NCBI GenBank assembly: GCA_016779015.1
Contig: JADHOK010000001.1
Coordinates: 1 to 50,118 of the forward strand
Length of the DNA: 50,118 nucleotides
Source of the DNA: PS1 clade bacterium
Lineage (GTDB): Bacteria; Pseudomonadota; Alphaproteobacteria; RS24
Direction: 5' to 3'
This document shows, piece by piece, positions 41,859 to 50,118 of the stretch (position 1 is the first letter of the stretch; each line of letters begins with the position of its first letter). Made by a program: the position numbers and the translations under genes. The notes below the pieces were generated by a model. It was not told where the DNA came from and did not search any database. It was given only the letters and a program-made list of their open reading frames with translations.

Positions 41859-44099
41859 ATGACCTCAACAAGAAAAACAATATTCAGTCTTATTATCTCA
41901 TTCGTCACGGTCGTTGGCCTTTATGTTTACGCTGCCTATGATGACTGGCTGGGCCAGCCGCGCGGCATTGGCGAAATTTCCGAAACGGCGCGCAGCGATA
42001 TTTTGGTGGAAGCCCGCCAAGCCGAATTTGCCGCCGTGGCAACGGCCCTTAACGAGCCGCCCGAAAAGCAAATCCTGTTCGGCGATTTGCACGTGCATAC
42101 GACCTTCTCGACCGATGCGTTTTTATGGTCGCTGCCGATTTATGGCGGCGAGGGCGCGCACCCGCTGGCCGATGCTTGCGATTATGCGCGCCATTGCTCG
42201 GCGCTCGATTTCTGGTCGATTACCGACCACGCCGAAGTGGCGACGCCGAAACGCTGGGCGCAAACCAAGCAGAGCATTCGCGCCTGCAACGCCGTGTCCA
42301 ATAATGGCGACAGCCCCGATATGGTGAGTTTTGTCGGCTTCGAATGGACGCAAGTCGGCCAGACGCCGGATGCGCATTTCGGCCATAAGAATGTGATTTT
42401 TGAAGGCCTTGACGATGCCGAATTGGCCAAGCGCCCCATCGCTTCGGGCGGCGTGGCGGTGCAAACGCTGCGTACCAATGGCAAGGATTTGGTTCCGTTG
42501 GGGCTGGCTTTTGCCGATTTTGAAAACCGCCAAAACTATTTCGATGTGCGCGGCTTCTTGCAGGAGGCCGCCGATGTCGATTTATGCGACCCCAATACGC
42601 CGGCCAATAAGCTGCCCGCTGATTGTTTTGAGATCGCCGAAACGCCTGGCGCGCTGGTTGACAGTTTGACCGAACAAAATCTCGACCCGCTCATTATCCC
42701 GCACGGCACGGCTTGGGGTTTTTACACCCCGACCGGCGTGACGTTTGACAAGCATTTGAAAGCCGAAAACCGACCCGACAAAATGGAGATTGTCGAGATT
42801 ATGTCAGGGCACGGCAATTCCGAGGAATATCGTCCTTTCCGCGCGTCGCTGGGGGCCGATATGGACACGCTGATGGGCGAATGTCCGGCGCCGTCGCCCA
42901 ATTATCTGCCCATGTGCTGGCGCGCTGGTGAGATTATCAAGGAGCGGTGTCTGGCCGAAGGCGAGGGCGAAGCCGCATGCGAGGCGCGCGCCGAGAAGAC
43001 CCGCGGCATAGCGGCGGCGCGCAGTGTGGCGGCGCATTTGGTGGTGCCGGGCACGCCGATTGAAGACTGGCTCGATGCCGGTCAGTGCCGCGATTGTTTC
43101 CTGCCAAGCTTTGGTTATCGCCCGGGCAATAGCGTGCAATACGCCATGGCCATTCGAAATTTTGACGACCCGAAAAACCCGACCCGTTTCGATTGGGGGG
43201 TGATTGCCTCCAGCGATAATCACCGCGCGCGGCCGGGCACCGGCTTTAAGAATGTTGACCGGCTTCGCACCACCGAGGCGGTGCAAGTGCGCGATGGCTG
43301 GGTCGACCGGATTTATCCGAAAGATGCGAAATCCAGCATGCCGGTTGAGCTAGGCATTAATGAAGTGCTGGAGCGCGGTTTCGGGGCTACTGAATTGGAG
43401 CGGCAGGCGAGCTTCTGGACGACCGGCGGTCTGGCGGCGGTGCATTCGGAAGGGCGCACGCGCGAGCAGATTTTCGCCGCCATTAAACGCAAAGAGACCT
43501 ACGGCACCAGCGGCGCGCGCATTCTTTTATGGTTCAACACCAAAGACGGCGTGCCGATGGGCAGCACCACCAAGCAATCGCGCTCGCCGATTTTTGAGGT
43601 GAAAGCGGTCGGCGCGCATAAGCAAAAACCGGGCTGCCCTGATGATGCGGTGAACGCCTTGGGCGAAGAGCGCATTCAAAAACTATGCGCCAATGAATGT
43701 TTCAACCCGTCGGGCGCGCGCATGAAAATCACTCGCTTTGAGGTGGTGCGTATCCGCCCGCAAGTGACCGAGGGGGAGAGCGTCGAAAAGCTCATCGACG
43801 ATCCGTGGAAAGTGATTGCGTGTAACGACAATGGTAATGGCTGTCAGGCCAGCTTCTCCGACCCCGAATTTGCGGGCAGCAACCGCATGGCGACTTATTA
43901 TGTGCGCGCCATTCAAGAGCCGTCGCAGAAAATCAACGCCGATAATCTGCGCTGCACTTATGACGATGAGGGCAATTGCATCGAGGTGAATATTTGCTAC
44001 GGCGACACCCGCACGGCGCGCGATGATGATTGCCTCGCCGAGGTGGAAGAGCGCGCCTGGTCGTCGCCGATTTATGTCGAGCATGTGAACGGTAAATAG
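41859..44099 (+). CDS. DUF3604 domain protein (PHP-like, membrane-anchored, Cys-rich)
   Basis: FGDLHVHTTFSTDA, LDFWSITDHAE, FEWT, SSDNH, ETYGTSG, YYVRA, EERAWSSPI. Confidence 0.85.
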   Translation: MTSTRKTIFSLIISFVTVVGLYVYAAYDDWLGQPRGIGEISETARSDILVEARQAEFAAVATALNEPPEKQILFGDLHVHTTFSTDAFLWSLPIYGGEGAHPLADACDYARHCSALDFWSITDHAEVATPKRWAQTKQSIRACNAVSNNGDSPDMVSFVGFEWTQVGQTPDAHFGHKNVIFEGLDDAELAKRPIASGGVAVQTLRTNGKDLVPLGLAFADFENRQNYFDVRGFLQEAADVDLCDPNTPANKLPADCFEIAETPGALVDSLTEQNLDPLIIPHGTAWGFYTPTGVTFDKHLKAENRPDKMEIVEIMSGHGNSEEYRPFRASLGADMDTLMGECPAPSPNYLPMCWRAGEIIKERCLAEGEGEAACEARAEKTRGIAAARSVAAHLVVPGTPIEDWLDAGQCRDCFLPSFGYRPGNSVQYAMAIRNFDDPKNPTRFDWGVIASSDNHRARPGTGFKNVDRLRTTEAVQVRDGWVDRIYPKDAKSSMPVELGINEVLERGFGATELERQASFWTTGGLAAVHSEGRTREQIFAAIKRKETYGTSGARILLWFNTKDGVPMGSTTKQSRSPIFEVKAVGAHKQKPGCPDDAVNALGEERIQKLCANECFNPSGARMKITRFEVVRIRPQVTEGESVEKLIDDPWKVIACNDNGNGCQASFSDPEFAGSNRMATYYVRAIQEPSQKINADNLRCTYDDEGNCIEVNICYGDTRTARDDDCLAEVEERAWSSPIYVEHVNGK

Positions 44100-44221
44100 G
44101 CGGCAAATAGGCGTCAAATAGGCCGTGAGGGCAGGGCATTATAGGGTAGCCCAACCTCAAGAAACATCTTGACGCTGCGTGACTGCGGTGTTTTCGTTTC
44201 AACAAGATATTAGGTATCGAT

Positions 44222-45112
44222 ATGGAAGCCAAACAGCAGCGCGAGATAATCAAGCAAATCAGGCAAACGCCCGAATTGGCGGATGCGTTCGGTGCGCCGC
44301 GCATGGCGTGGCCGACGATTGGGGTATTGCTGTGGTCGATAGGTGGCTATGCGCTTATCACTTATGCCTATCTCATGGGTTTGGTGTCGCCTCTCATCAC
44401 CATTCCGGTTGCGGCTTTTTTTATTTTCTGGAGCTTTACACCGCTGCACGAGGCGGTGCATCGCAATGTGTCAAATATAGGCTGGCTGAATGATGCCATC
44501 GGCACTTTCAGCGCGCAATTATTGCTGCCCGGCTTCAGCTCGGCGCTATATCGCTATTTGCACATCACCCATCACGCGCGCGCCGGCCAAGTTGATGACC
44601 CGGATATCAAATTCAACAGCTCTAATTTGTTGTCACGCTATATAGGCGCGGCATTTCTCGATGCGCTGTGGACGCGGTTTTATTTCGCCAACTGGACCGA
44701 GCGTCCGACCGCCGAGCGCGCACGCTTTATGCTCGGGCTGGCTTTCTATGTCAGCTTGATTGTCGTCGGTTTCGCATCGCCCTATGCGTTTGAATTCACC
44801 ATGGCGTTTGTGCTGCCGGTTCTTTTGGGCCGCATCATCGTGGTACATCTGTTCGCTTCCATCCAACACCAAGAGGGGCACGAGCAACGCCACGACCCGA
44901 TTGGCGCAACCTGGATGCAGGATGTTCATTCGCAGTGGTGGCAACGCTATTTCATGTTCGGTCAGTCGCAACACCTCATGCACCATCTTTACCCCAATGT
45001 GCCGTGGTATAATTATGACCGCATCTGGCGCAAGGCGCAGAAGCTCATTCCGGCGGAGAAAATCCGTTGGGGCGGTTATATAAAGCGTCACCGGCGTCCG
45101 TTTGAGCTGTAG
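44222..45112 (+). CDS. Membrane fatty-acid desaturase/hydroxylase family protein
   Basis: His boxes HEAVH, HITHH and HLMHH plus TM segments. Confidence 0.88.
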   Translation: MEAKQQREIIKQIRQTPELADAFGAPRMAWPTIGVLLWSIGGYALITYAYLMGLVSPLITIPVAAFFIFWSFTPLHEAVHRNVSNIGWLNDAIGTFSAQLLLPGFSSALYRYLHITHHARAGQVDDPDIKFNSSNLLSRYIGAAFLDALWTRFYFANWTERPTAERARFMLGLAFYVSLIVVGFASPYAFEFTMAFVLPVLLGRIIVVHLFASIQHQEGHEQRHDPIGATWMQDVHSQWWQRYFMFGQSQHLMHHLYPNVPWYNYDRIWRKAQKLIPAEKIRWGGYIKRHRRPFEL

Positions 45113-45216
45113 GGGTTAAGTCGCCACCACCAACGCTGTCGCTTGACGTTTGTTGACCAAGCTGTCAGTTTTAGGAATCACTCAACCAGCCAATGGGGTC
45201 GGTACCAGCACTTAAC

Positions 45217-45259
45217 GAGCGAAGCGAGGAATAGTGCGCTTTCCGCCCTACCGAAGGGG
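45217..45259. repeat. Member of the modular palindromic repeat family
   Basis: gagcgaagcga (same as 20577-87); 45237-45259 is a 22/23 inverted match to 46728-46750. Confidence 0.7.
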
Positions 45260-45266
45260 ACATGAC

Positions 45267-46193
45267 GTGTATAGTTATAATCCGAAAGCGGTCGAGGAAA
45301 TCGTCATTCGCGATTTCAATTTCGATTTTCCCGATGACTTAGACCCGGTTTGGATTCCCGGTAAGCGCGTGCGCAGCCACATGTTTAACGGTCTGTCGCT
45401 GACCATGCCGCATCTCGAGCCGTTTCTGGTCAAGACCGGCCGCGAGACGGCCAAGCATGTCGAGAGCGAAGAATTGCGCGATGATATTCGCGCTTTTTGC
45501 GGGCAGGAGAGCCAGCACTATAAGTGCCACCGCCGCCTAAATGACATGCTGACGGCCAATGGCTACCCCGAATTTGAAACGGTTGAGGCCTATATGGATC
45601 GCTCGTGGAAGAAGCTGGCGCAGGCCAGTCTCGAAAAGCGGCTGGCTTATTCGGCCGGTTTTGAGACCATGTCCAATGGCTTCACGCGCTGGCTCATCAA
45701 AAAGCGTTTGCAGCTTTTCAAGAATTCCAATCCGCATATTGCCTCGTTCTGGATTGTTCATATGATCGAAGAGACCGAGCACAAAACCGTCGCGCTGGAT
45801 TGTTATATGGCTTATTCGGGCCGTTATCTGCCGCGTTTTCTGGGTGTGTTTCACGGCTCTTTTCATGTTGTCGGCCATGGCTTGCGCGCCATGATGGTAG
45901 CGCTTAAAAAAGACGGCGTGCTGCATAAGCCTTCGACGTGGCTGGAGCTGACCCGCGAAATGGCGTCGATGATTTATCACGTCGGGCCGTTTTTGCTGCG
46001 CGCGCTATTGCCTTGGCACGATGCGCGCGACGAGGTTGACCCGACCTATATGCGCCAATGGGTGAAAGGGTATGAAAGCCTGCCCGCCGGCCAGAAAATT
46101 CCGCTCATCGACACAGCGCATCCGGATATGCCGGTGCCGTTTCAAGCGGTCGCTGATGCGCCGTCTTTCGGGGTCGCTCAAGCGGCCGAATAG
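45267..46193 (+). CDS. 'Metal-dependent hydrolase' family protein, ferritin-like diiron motifs
   Basis: PHLEPF, QESQH, GFE and EETEHK (paired ExxH); GTG 45267 after AAGGGGA. Confidence 0.8.
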   Translation: MYSYNPKAVEEIVIRDFNFDFPDDLDPVWIPGKRVRSHMFNGLSLTMPHLEPFLVKTGRETAKHVESEELRDDIRAFCGQESQHYKCHRRLNDMLTANGYPEFETVEAYMDRSWKKLAQASLEKRLAYSAGFETMSNGFTRWLIKKRLQLFKNSNPHIASFWIVHMIEETEHKTVALDCYMAYSGRYLPRFLGVFHGSFHVVGHGLRAMMVALKKDGVLHKPSTWLELTREMASMIYHVGPFLLRALLPWHDARDEVDPTYMRQWVKGYESLPAGQKIPLIDTAHPDMPVPFQAVADAPSFGVAQAAE

Positions 46194-46228
46194 GTTTCAA
46201 TCTCAATCATCTTGTCTGGGGGGGCATT

Positions 46229-46708
46229 ATGGATAGATATCAAAAAATCATGATTGCGCATGGCTTTCTGGTCGCGCTGGTCGGCATGTTGGCCGGCTTT
46301 ATGCTGATGTTCAACATGCTCGGCGGCCTCGAATATTGGCCCGGCACGTTCTGGGAATTCGGCGTTTACGGCACCACGGAAGGCTGGGTGCGCGCGCATA
46401 CGGGCGGCCTCACCAATGGCATGCTGACGGTGCTGGTCGCCTTGGTGCTGCCGAAGCTGGAGCTAACACAGCGGATGACGGCGTTTTTCACCTGGGGGCT
46501 GATTTATTGCGCCTGGACATTCACGGCGTTTTACTGGATCGGCAATCGGTCGGGCAATCGGGCGCTCAGCATTGGCGATAATGTGTTCGGACAAGCCGAT
46601 TGGCTGAGCGTTATCGGCTTTCTGCCGGGCCTGTCCAGCGTCATTATCGGCCCCGTCGTGCTGTTTATCGGCGCGCGCGCCGCTTTTCGAGCCATCCAAA
46701 AAGACTAA
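46229..46708 (+). CDS. styC: Styrene oxide isomerase (StyC)-like membrane protein
   Basis: M.AHG, GG.E..PG, EGWVRAHTG..NGM, FY, NR.L..G.N.FG..D pattern aligns with StyC as recalled; 4 TM. Confidence 0.8.
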   Translation: MDRYQKIMIAHGFLVALVGMLAGFMLMFNMLGGLEYWPGTFWEFGVYGTTEGWVRAHTGGLTNGMLTVLVALVLPKLELTQRMTAFFTWGLIYCAWTFTAFYWIGNRSGNRALSIGDNVFGQADWLSVIGFLPGLSSVIIGPVVLFIGARAAFRAIQKD

Positions 46709-46717
46709 AACTGAAAC

Positions 46718-46923
46718 GCTAAAAAGCCCCCTTCGGTAGGGCGCAAAGCGGGCGGGGGTCGCTGATGCGACCGCGCCCTTATAGCGCTTCTCGGCGGCCT
46801 TACCTCGCAAGGCCACCTCGCTTGCGCAGGCTAAAAGCGCTTACCAGCTTTACTGGTCTAGCGCGCCTTGCCCCTTTGGAGGCGCACCGGGCTACCCCTT
46901 CGGGCTAGCAGGTGCTTATAGCG
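46718..46923. repeat. ~200-bp cluster of short hairpins, the largest member of the modular repeat family
   Basis: Multiple stems (ggtcgc/gcgacc, ggcctt/aaggcc, accag/ctggt, gcgcct/aggcgc), cttatagcg twice, and blocks shared with 18458, 20556-20620 and 45237. Confidence 0.7.
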
Positions 46924-46941
46924 TGGCGGAGGGGAAGGGAT
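46924..46941 (-). other. att site: duplicated 3' end of a tRNA (Ser-like)
   Basis: Reverse complement ATCCCTTCCCCTCCGCCA equals the 3' half of a T-arm, acceptor strand and CCA; no rest of tRNA; adjacent to the integrase. Confidence 0.75.
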
Positions 46942-47012
46942 AAATACCCCCTGTCTCGTTCCGTCTAGGCAATTCTAAAGCGCTCCATAAAAACTACAGA
47001 AAACAGGCGTTT

Positions 47013-47100
47013 TTGATACATCTTTCGTAAAATTATATCTAAACCTGTCTAAATTAGGCTTTCCAAATCTAACCGAATAGTTGTATCAAAAGTGTATCAA
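47013..47100. promoter_or_regulatory. Candidate integrase arm-type sites
   Basis: TGTATCAA direct repeats at 47082-89 and 47093-100, inverted copy TTGATACA at 47013-20. Confidence 0.55.
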
Positions 47101-47119
47101 GAATTGATTGGGTGACGAT

Positions 47120-48391
47120 ATGGCTCTGACTGATTTGGCAATTAAAAAGCAGAAAAAGGATTGGCTCGGTGACGGGAACAGTCTTTATAGCCGTCTGTCG
47201 GCCTCTGGCACGCGGTCATTTGTACATCGACACAAGCGCGGTTCAATTCACCTCGGAAACTACGACAGCGACTTATCATTGGCTAAGGCACGCGACCTGA
47301 ACACACAGGTCAAACTGGTAATTAGGTCTGGTCACGGCGTTGCTTTGGTTAAGGCCGCGTTAAGCCAGACAAAAGACCCGTTAGAGTTTCTTAAGATTAT
47401 CAATGGCGGGCGCACAGCTGAGCAGGTGGCCGACGCGTTGACCTTCAGGGAAGCTCACGAACAGTGGCATCAGTGGATGATTGACCACGGGCAGTGGGCA
47501 GACGGAAAGCACGTTAAGCAGAATATGACAGAGGTAAAACGCATATTTTACCCATTCATCGGCGACAAGCCAGTGAACCGCATCACCACTGATGACATTG
47601 TTGAGGCTCTCAGCGTTCAAGTTCCTGATTTGGAAACGCCAAATAAAAAGGTTTTGTTTTGGTTAGGTCGGCACGAAACCGCATCGCGTAATCTCGGGCG
47701 ATGCAAAAGCATTTTGGCCTATTGCAAAGCGAACAACATCATTGAGCATAACCCTGCAGACTTTGACCCGAAGTTCATTCTGCCAGAGCCGCGTAATCAA
47801 AAAATCAAACATCACCCGCGTGTGGATTATGAGCGGTCCGCAGATTTTTGGCGTGATTTTACATCCAGCCGCGTCTTGGACGAGCAGGGGAATATCGCGG
47901 CAATGATAACAATGCTGACCGCTGTCCGCGTTGGCGACGTTGTGTCGATGAAATGGAAAGATGTTGATGAAAAAAAGGGCGTGTGGGCGTTTACTGTCGG
48001 CAAAACCAGCCGACATTTTCGGACGCCGTTGCCGCCGCTGGTTATCGACCTGCTGAACCTGATGAAAGAAAAGCGGTTAAACTCGCCGCTGGTTTTTTCA
48101 AAGCCGACTAATGAGGCAGGACACCTTACGACGCAGAGCGTCACAAACAACATAAAGAAGGTGGACGGATACACAGCGTCAGCCCACGGCTGGCGCAGCA
48201 CTCTGAAAACTTGGGCGACTAGTGTCGGGTATCGCCACGAAGTTACTGAAATGCAGCTTTCTCACGAGAAAGACGCGCTTGAGGCCGCATACAATGATGC
48301 TGATTATCTTGATGAGCGTCGGGTGATGATGCAGCATTGGCAGGAAGTGCTGACAGGAGAGGCGTCTTACGACGAGAGGGCGCGGGTATGA
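47120..48391 (+). CDS. P4-family tyrosine integrase
   Basis: MALTDLAIK..DGNSLY..LG.Y..LSLAKAR arm-binding domain; catalytic R (TAVR), K, HGWR, LSH and AAYN. Confidence 0.93.
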   Translation: MALTDLAIKKQKKDWLGDGNSLYSRLSASGTRSFVHRHKRGSIHLGNYDSDLSLAKARDLNTQVKLVIRSGHGVALVKAALSQTKDPLEFLKIINGGRTAEQVADALTFREAHEQWHQWMIDHGQWADGKHVKQNMTEVKRIFYPFIGDKPVNRITTDDIVEALSVQVPDLETPNKKVLFWLGRHETASRNLGRCKSILAYCKANNIIEHNPADFDPKFILPEPRNQKIKHHPRVDYERSADFWRDFTSSRVLDEQGNIAAMITMLTAVRVGDVVSMKWKDVDEKKGVWAFTVGKTSRHFRTPLPPLVIDLLNLMKEKRLNSPLVFSKPTNEAGHLTTQSVTNNIKKVDGYTASAHGWRSTLKTWATSVGYRHEVTEMQLSHEKDALEAAYNDADYLDERRVMMQHWQEVLTGEASYDERARV

Positions 48392-49011
48392 GTTTCGATT
48401 ACGATAGAATGAAGCAGGATGTTATCGACTTTTTTGAAGTTGATATGTCGGTCGAGCGCAACCGTGACCAGATTGCTCTGCTGAAGACGCGTCATCGGTC
48501 AATTCTCCTTGGTTTCCGTTTCGACACTATGCATTTGGCCAAAGAAAAAGAAAAATTTATTATAGCCATTAAAAAGTTTGGCGTGGCTATCAATGAGCTG
48601 AGCCGCGTTCACCCCCTTCTTCAAAGGGCGATGTCTAATGGTGCGCATTTTGACCTCGGAGGTTATGGCGACGCAATGCAAGCATTGAGGGTTTTCAATG
48701 AACAGTTGGGGTATGTCGAAAAAATCGAAGAACGCAGAGAGGAATTTTTCCGTGTCGATATCGAGAAACTTGCTGCTGTTGATTTAATAATCCGATACCA
48801 GAATTTTTTTAGAGAAGGCCGCTTAAACAATTGGAATGGTGACAAGCCTAAGAACCTCAACGGGGCTTCTAAGCTTGGTAAGCTTTTGCACGAGGGCTTT
48901 CCTGTTTTTCAAGTGGATGCCACCAACATTCGCGGAGCCTACAGCAATTGGAGACAGCTGCTGGCAATTGAAGAAGAGAGTGGCCGTGTTTCTGTTTTGC
49001 CCGAGGAATAG
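48388..49011 (+). CDS. Hypothetical protein, translationally coupled to the integrase
   Basis: ATGA overlap with the integrase stop; 207-aa open frame; no motif recognised. Confidence 0.7.
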   Translation: MSFDYDRMKQDVIDFFEVDMSVERNRDQIALLKTRHRSILLGFRFDTMHLAKEKEKFIIAIKKFGVAINELSRVHPLLQRAMSNGAHFDLGGYGDAMQALRVFNEQLGYVEKIEERREEFFRVDIEKLAAVDLIIRYQNFFREGRLNNWNGDKPKNLNGASKLGKLLHEGFPVFQVDATNIRGAYSNWRQLLAIEEESGRVSVLPEE

Positions 49012-49078
49012 AAATCCTCAGGCCAAATAGAATAGAAATTAGATTTTCTAAATTCTGTCACTAGCGTAAGGTTGGGGA

Positions 49079-49432
49079 ATGAAAGACCCGCACGGGCTAA
49101 AAGCACAGGAGAACCTTTTGGGCTACGCAGAAATTACGGAAATAGAACTCATTGAAATGACAATCCAAGAGTTTTGGGAAGGCGGTTACGCCGAACTGCT
49201 CGAATTTGTTGAAACTGCCCGATATGACAAGACCCTTAAAGGTGATGATAAGCAATATTTACTCACCAAGGATGTGCTGAAGTCCGCCCGAGACGTTTTT
49301 AATTGAATGATTTCTGAAAAACCTGATGAGGTTAACGTAATTATGGGAAAGCTTGATGAATTAGATGATTTAATCGAGCGCGAGTTTATGAAGCCTATTC
49401 CAAAAGACCTTCAAAGAAATAGCCCGTTTTAA
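49079..49432 (+). pseudogene. Hypothetical gene split by an in-frame TGA (49304-49306)
   Basis: A 75-aa ORF is followed immediately in the same frame by 41 more sense codons ending at TAA 49430-32. Confidence 0.55.
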
Positions 49433-49433
49433 G

Positions 49434-49751
49434 ATGACCCGCATACTTACCATCATCGCGCTTTTGTTTGCGACGCCCGCCTTGGCACATTCGGGTAGGA
49501 CAGATAGTAGCGGGGGACATAAGTGTTATACAAATTGTAGCGACTACAGTCTGTCATATGGCGAGTATCATTATCACGGCGGGGTTGGGGGTAGGAGCTC
49601 TAGCTCTGGTATTTCCGACTGGCAGTTTCTTGTCTCCCTTTTCTGGCCTGCGTTATTTGTTTTTATAATAATTAAAATAATTATCGACAATAATCGTAAG
49701 GCAAAAGTCCTTAGAGAATATCGAGAAAAACGCGAGAAGAAAGAGGACTAA
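49434..49751 (+). CDS. YHYH-domain exported/membrane protein
   Basis: Signal peptide, AHSGRTDSSGGH..C..C..GEYHYHGG motif, C-terminal TM. Confidence 0.75.
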   Translation: MTRILTIIALLFATPALAHSGRTDSSGGHKCYTNCSDYSLSYGEYHYHGGVGGRSSSSGISDWQFLVSLFWPALFVFIIIKIIIDNNRKAKVLREYREKREKKED

Positions 49752-50118
49752 TGACCCGCATACTGACCATCATCGCGCTTCTGTTTGCGACGCCAATGCT
49801 GGTGGCGTGTGGGCCGTATGGTCAAGAACTTTATGAAAGCGTCACGCCTGAAAAACAGTTAGAACTCGCACTTTCCCGCTGTATGGTAATGAGAAAGGAC
49901 GGGCTTAGGTTCGCTGAGAGCTTTGCATTGCACACCAGCAAGGGGGTGCCAACTGACTATCCAAGCTTCTAGTCGATGGCTGAGTGTGGGTGCCCTAATT
50001 TACATGTTAAGAGATTTTTCTGGGGCGACCTTCCAAAAGAGTTTGTAAATGCGAAGCTTCAAGGCCTCTTAGATAGCTTGAGCGCAGAGGCGCTTTACGA
50101 AGTTGTTCAGTATTTAGA
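49751..50118 (+). pseudogene. Lipoprotein-like gene interrupted by an in-frame TAG (49970-49972); truncated by window end
   Basis: Same leader as the previous gene, LVAC lipobox; frame stays open for 48 codons after the TAG. Confidence 0.55.

Larger units (their letters stand above)
46924..50118. mobile_element. Left end of a tRNA-integrated genomic island (P4-like integrase); continues beyond the window
   Basis: tRNA fragment, tyrosine integrase, abrupt shift to AT-richer sequence and orphan genes. Confidence 0.85.

Noticed and set aside
44094-44124. AAATAGGC repeated three times at 11-nt spacing after DUF3604
   Set aside because: The repeat is real but most simply a slippage duplication of the stop-codon region; no function is supportable.
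46924-47010. Complete tRNA gene
   Set aside because: Only 18 nt of the 3' end are present; there is no GGTTCGA, anticodon arm or D arm.
49304-49972. Alternative genetic code in the island
   Set aside because: The two interruptions use different stops, and TGA and TAG terminate neighbouring island genes normally (48391, 49011).

Overview
This is a GC-rich alphaproteobacterial chromosome segment; the taxonomy is inferred from gene order and the GTTC-N7-GTTC-type LexA boxes. Most of it is the conserved core block lpxA-lpxI-lpxB / gltA-gltX / comEC / lexA-trpCDGE-ppiD / tpiA-secG-pyrG-kdsA / queFDEC / eno / ftsB-lipA-ratA / cinA-pgpA-ispDF / dusB-ntrBC. Four accessory zones interrupt or follow it. 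(1) A 2.2-kb plasticity hot-spot lies between the convergent ends of kdsA and queF. It is built of repeat-bounded cassettes: a BrnT/BrnA module inside a 36-bp direct repeat, an XRE gene behind a C4-like antisense RNA switch, and an HI1419/HI1420-type TA module with a frameshifted toxin. That last module is bracketed by two extra, synonymously recoded copies of the queF 3' end, and no integrase is present there. (2) A His/Glu-rich TonB-dependent receptor is preceded by a His-rich uORF ending in an RGPP arrest-peptide motif. (3) A lipid/xenobiotic cluster (OYE, GST, PaaI, DUF3604, desaturase, ferritin-like diiron protein) ends in an orphan styrene-oxide-isomerase homolog. (4) The left end of a P4-type integrase island starts at a tRNA-Ser-like 3' fragment and carries genes sharing a repeated signal-peptide leader. 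A modular palindromic repeat family recurs at several of these junctions.
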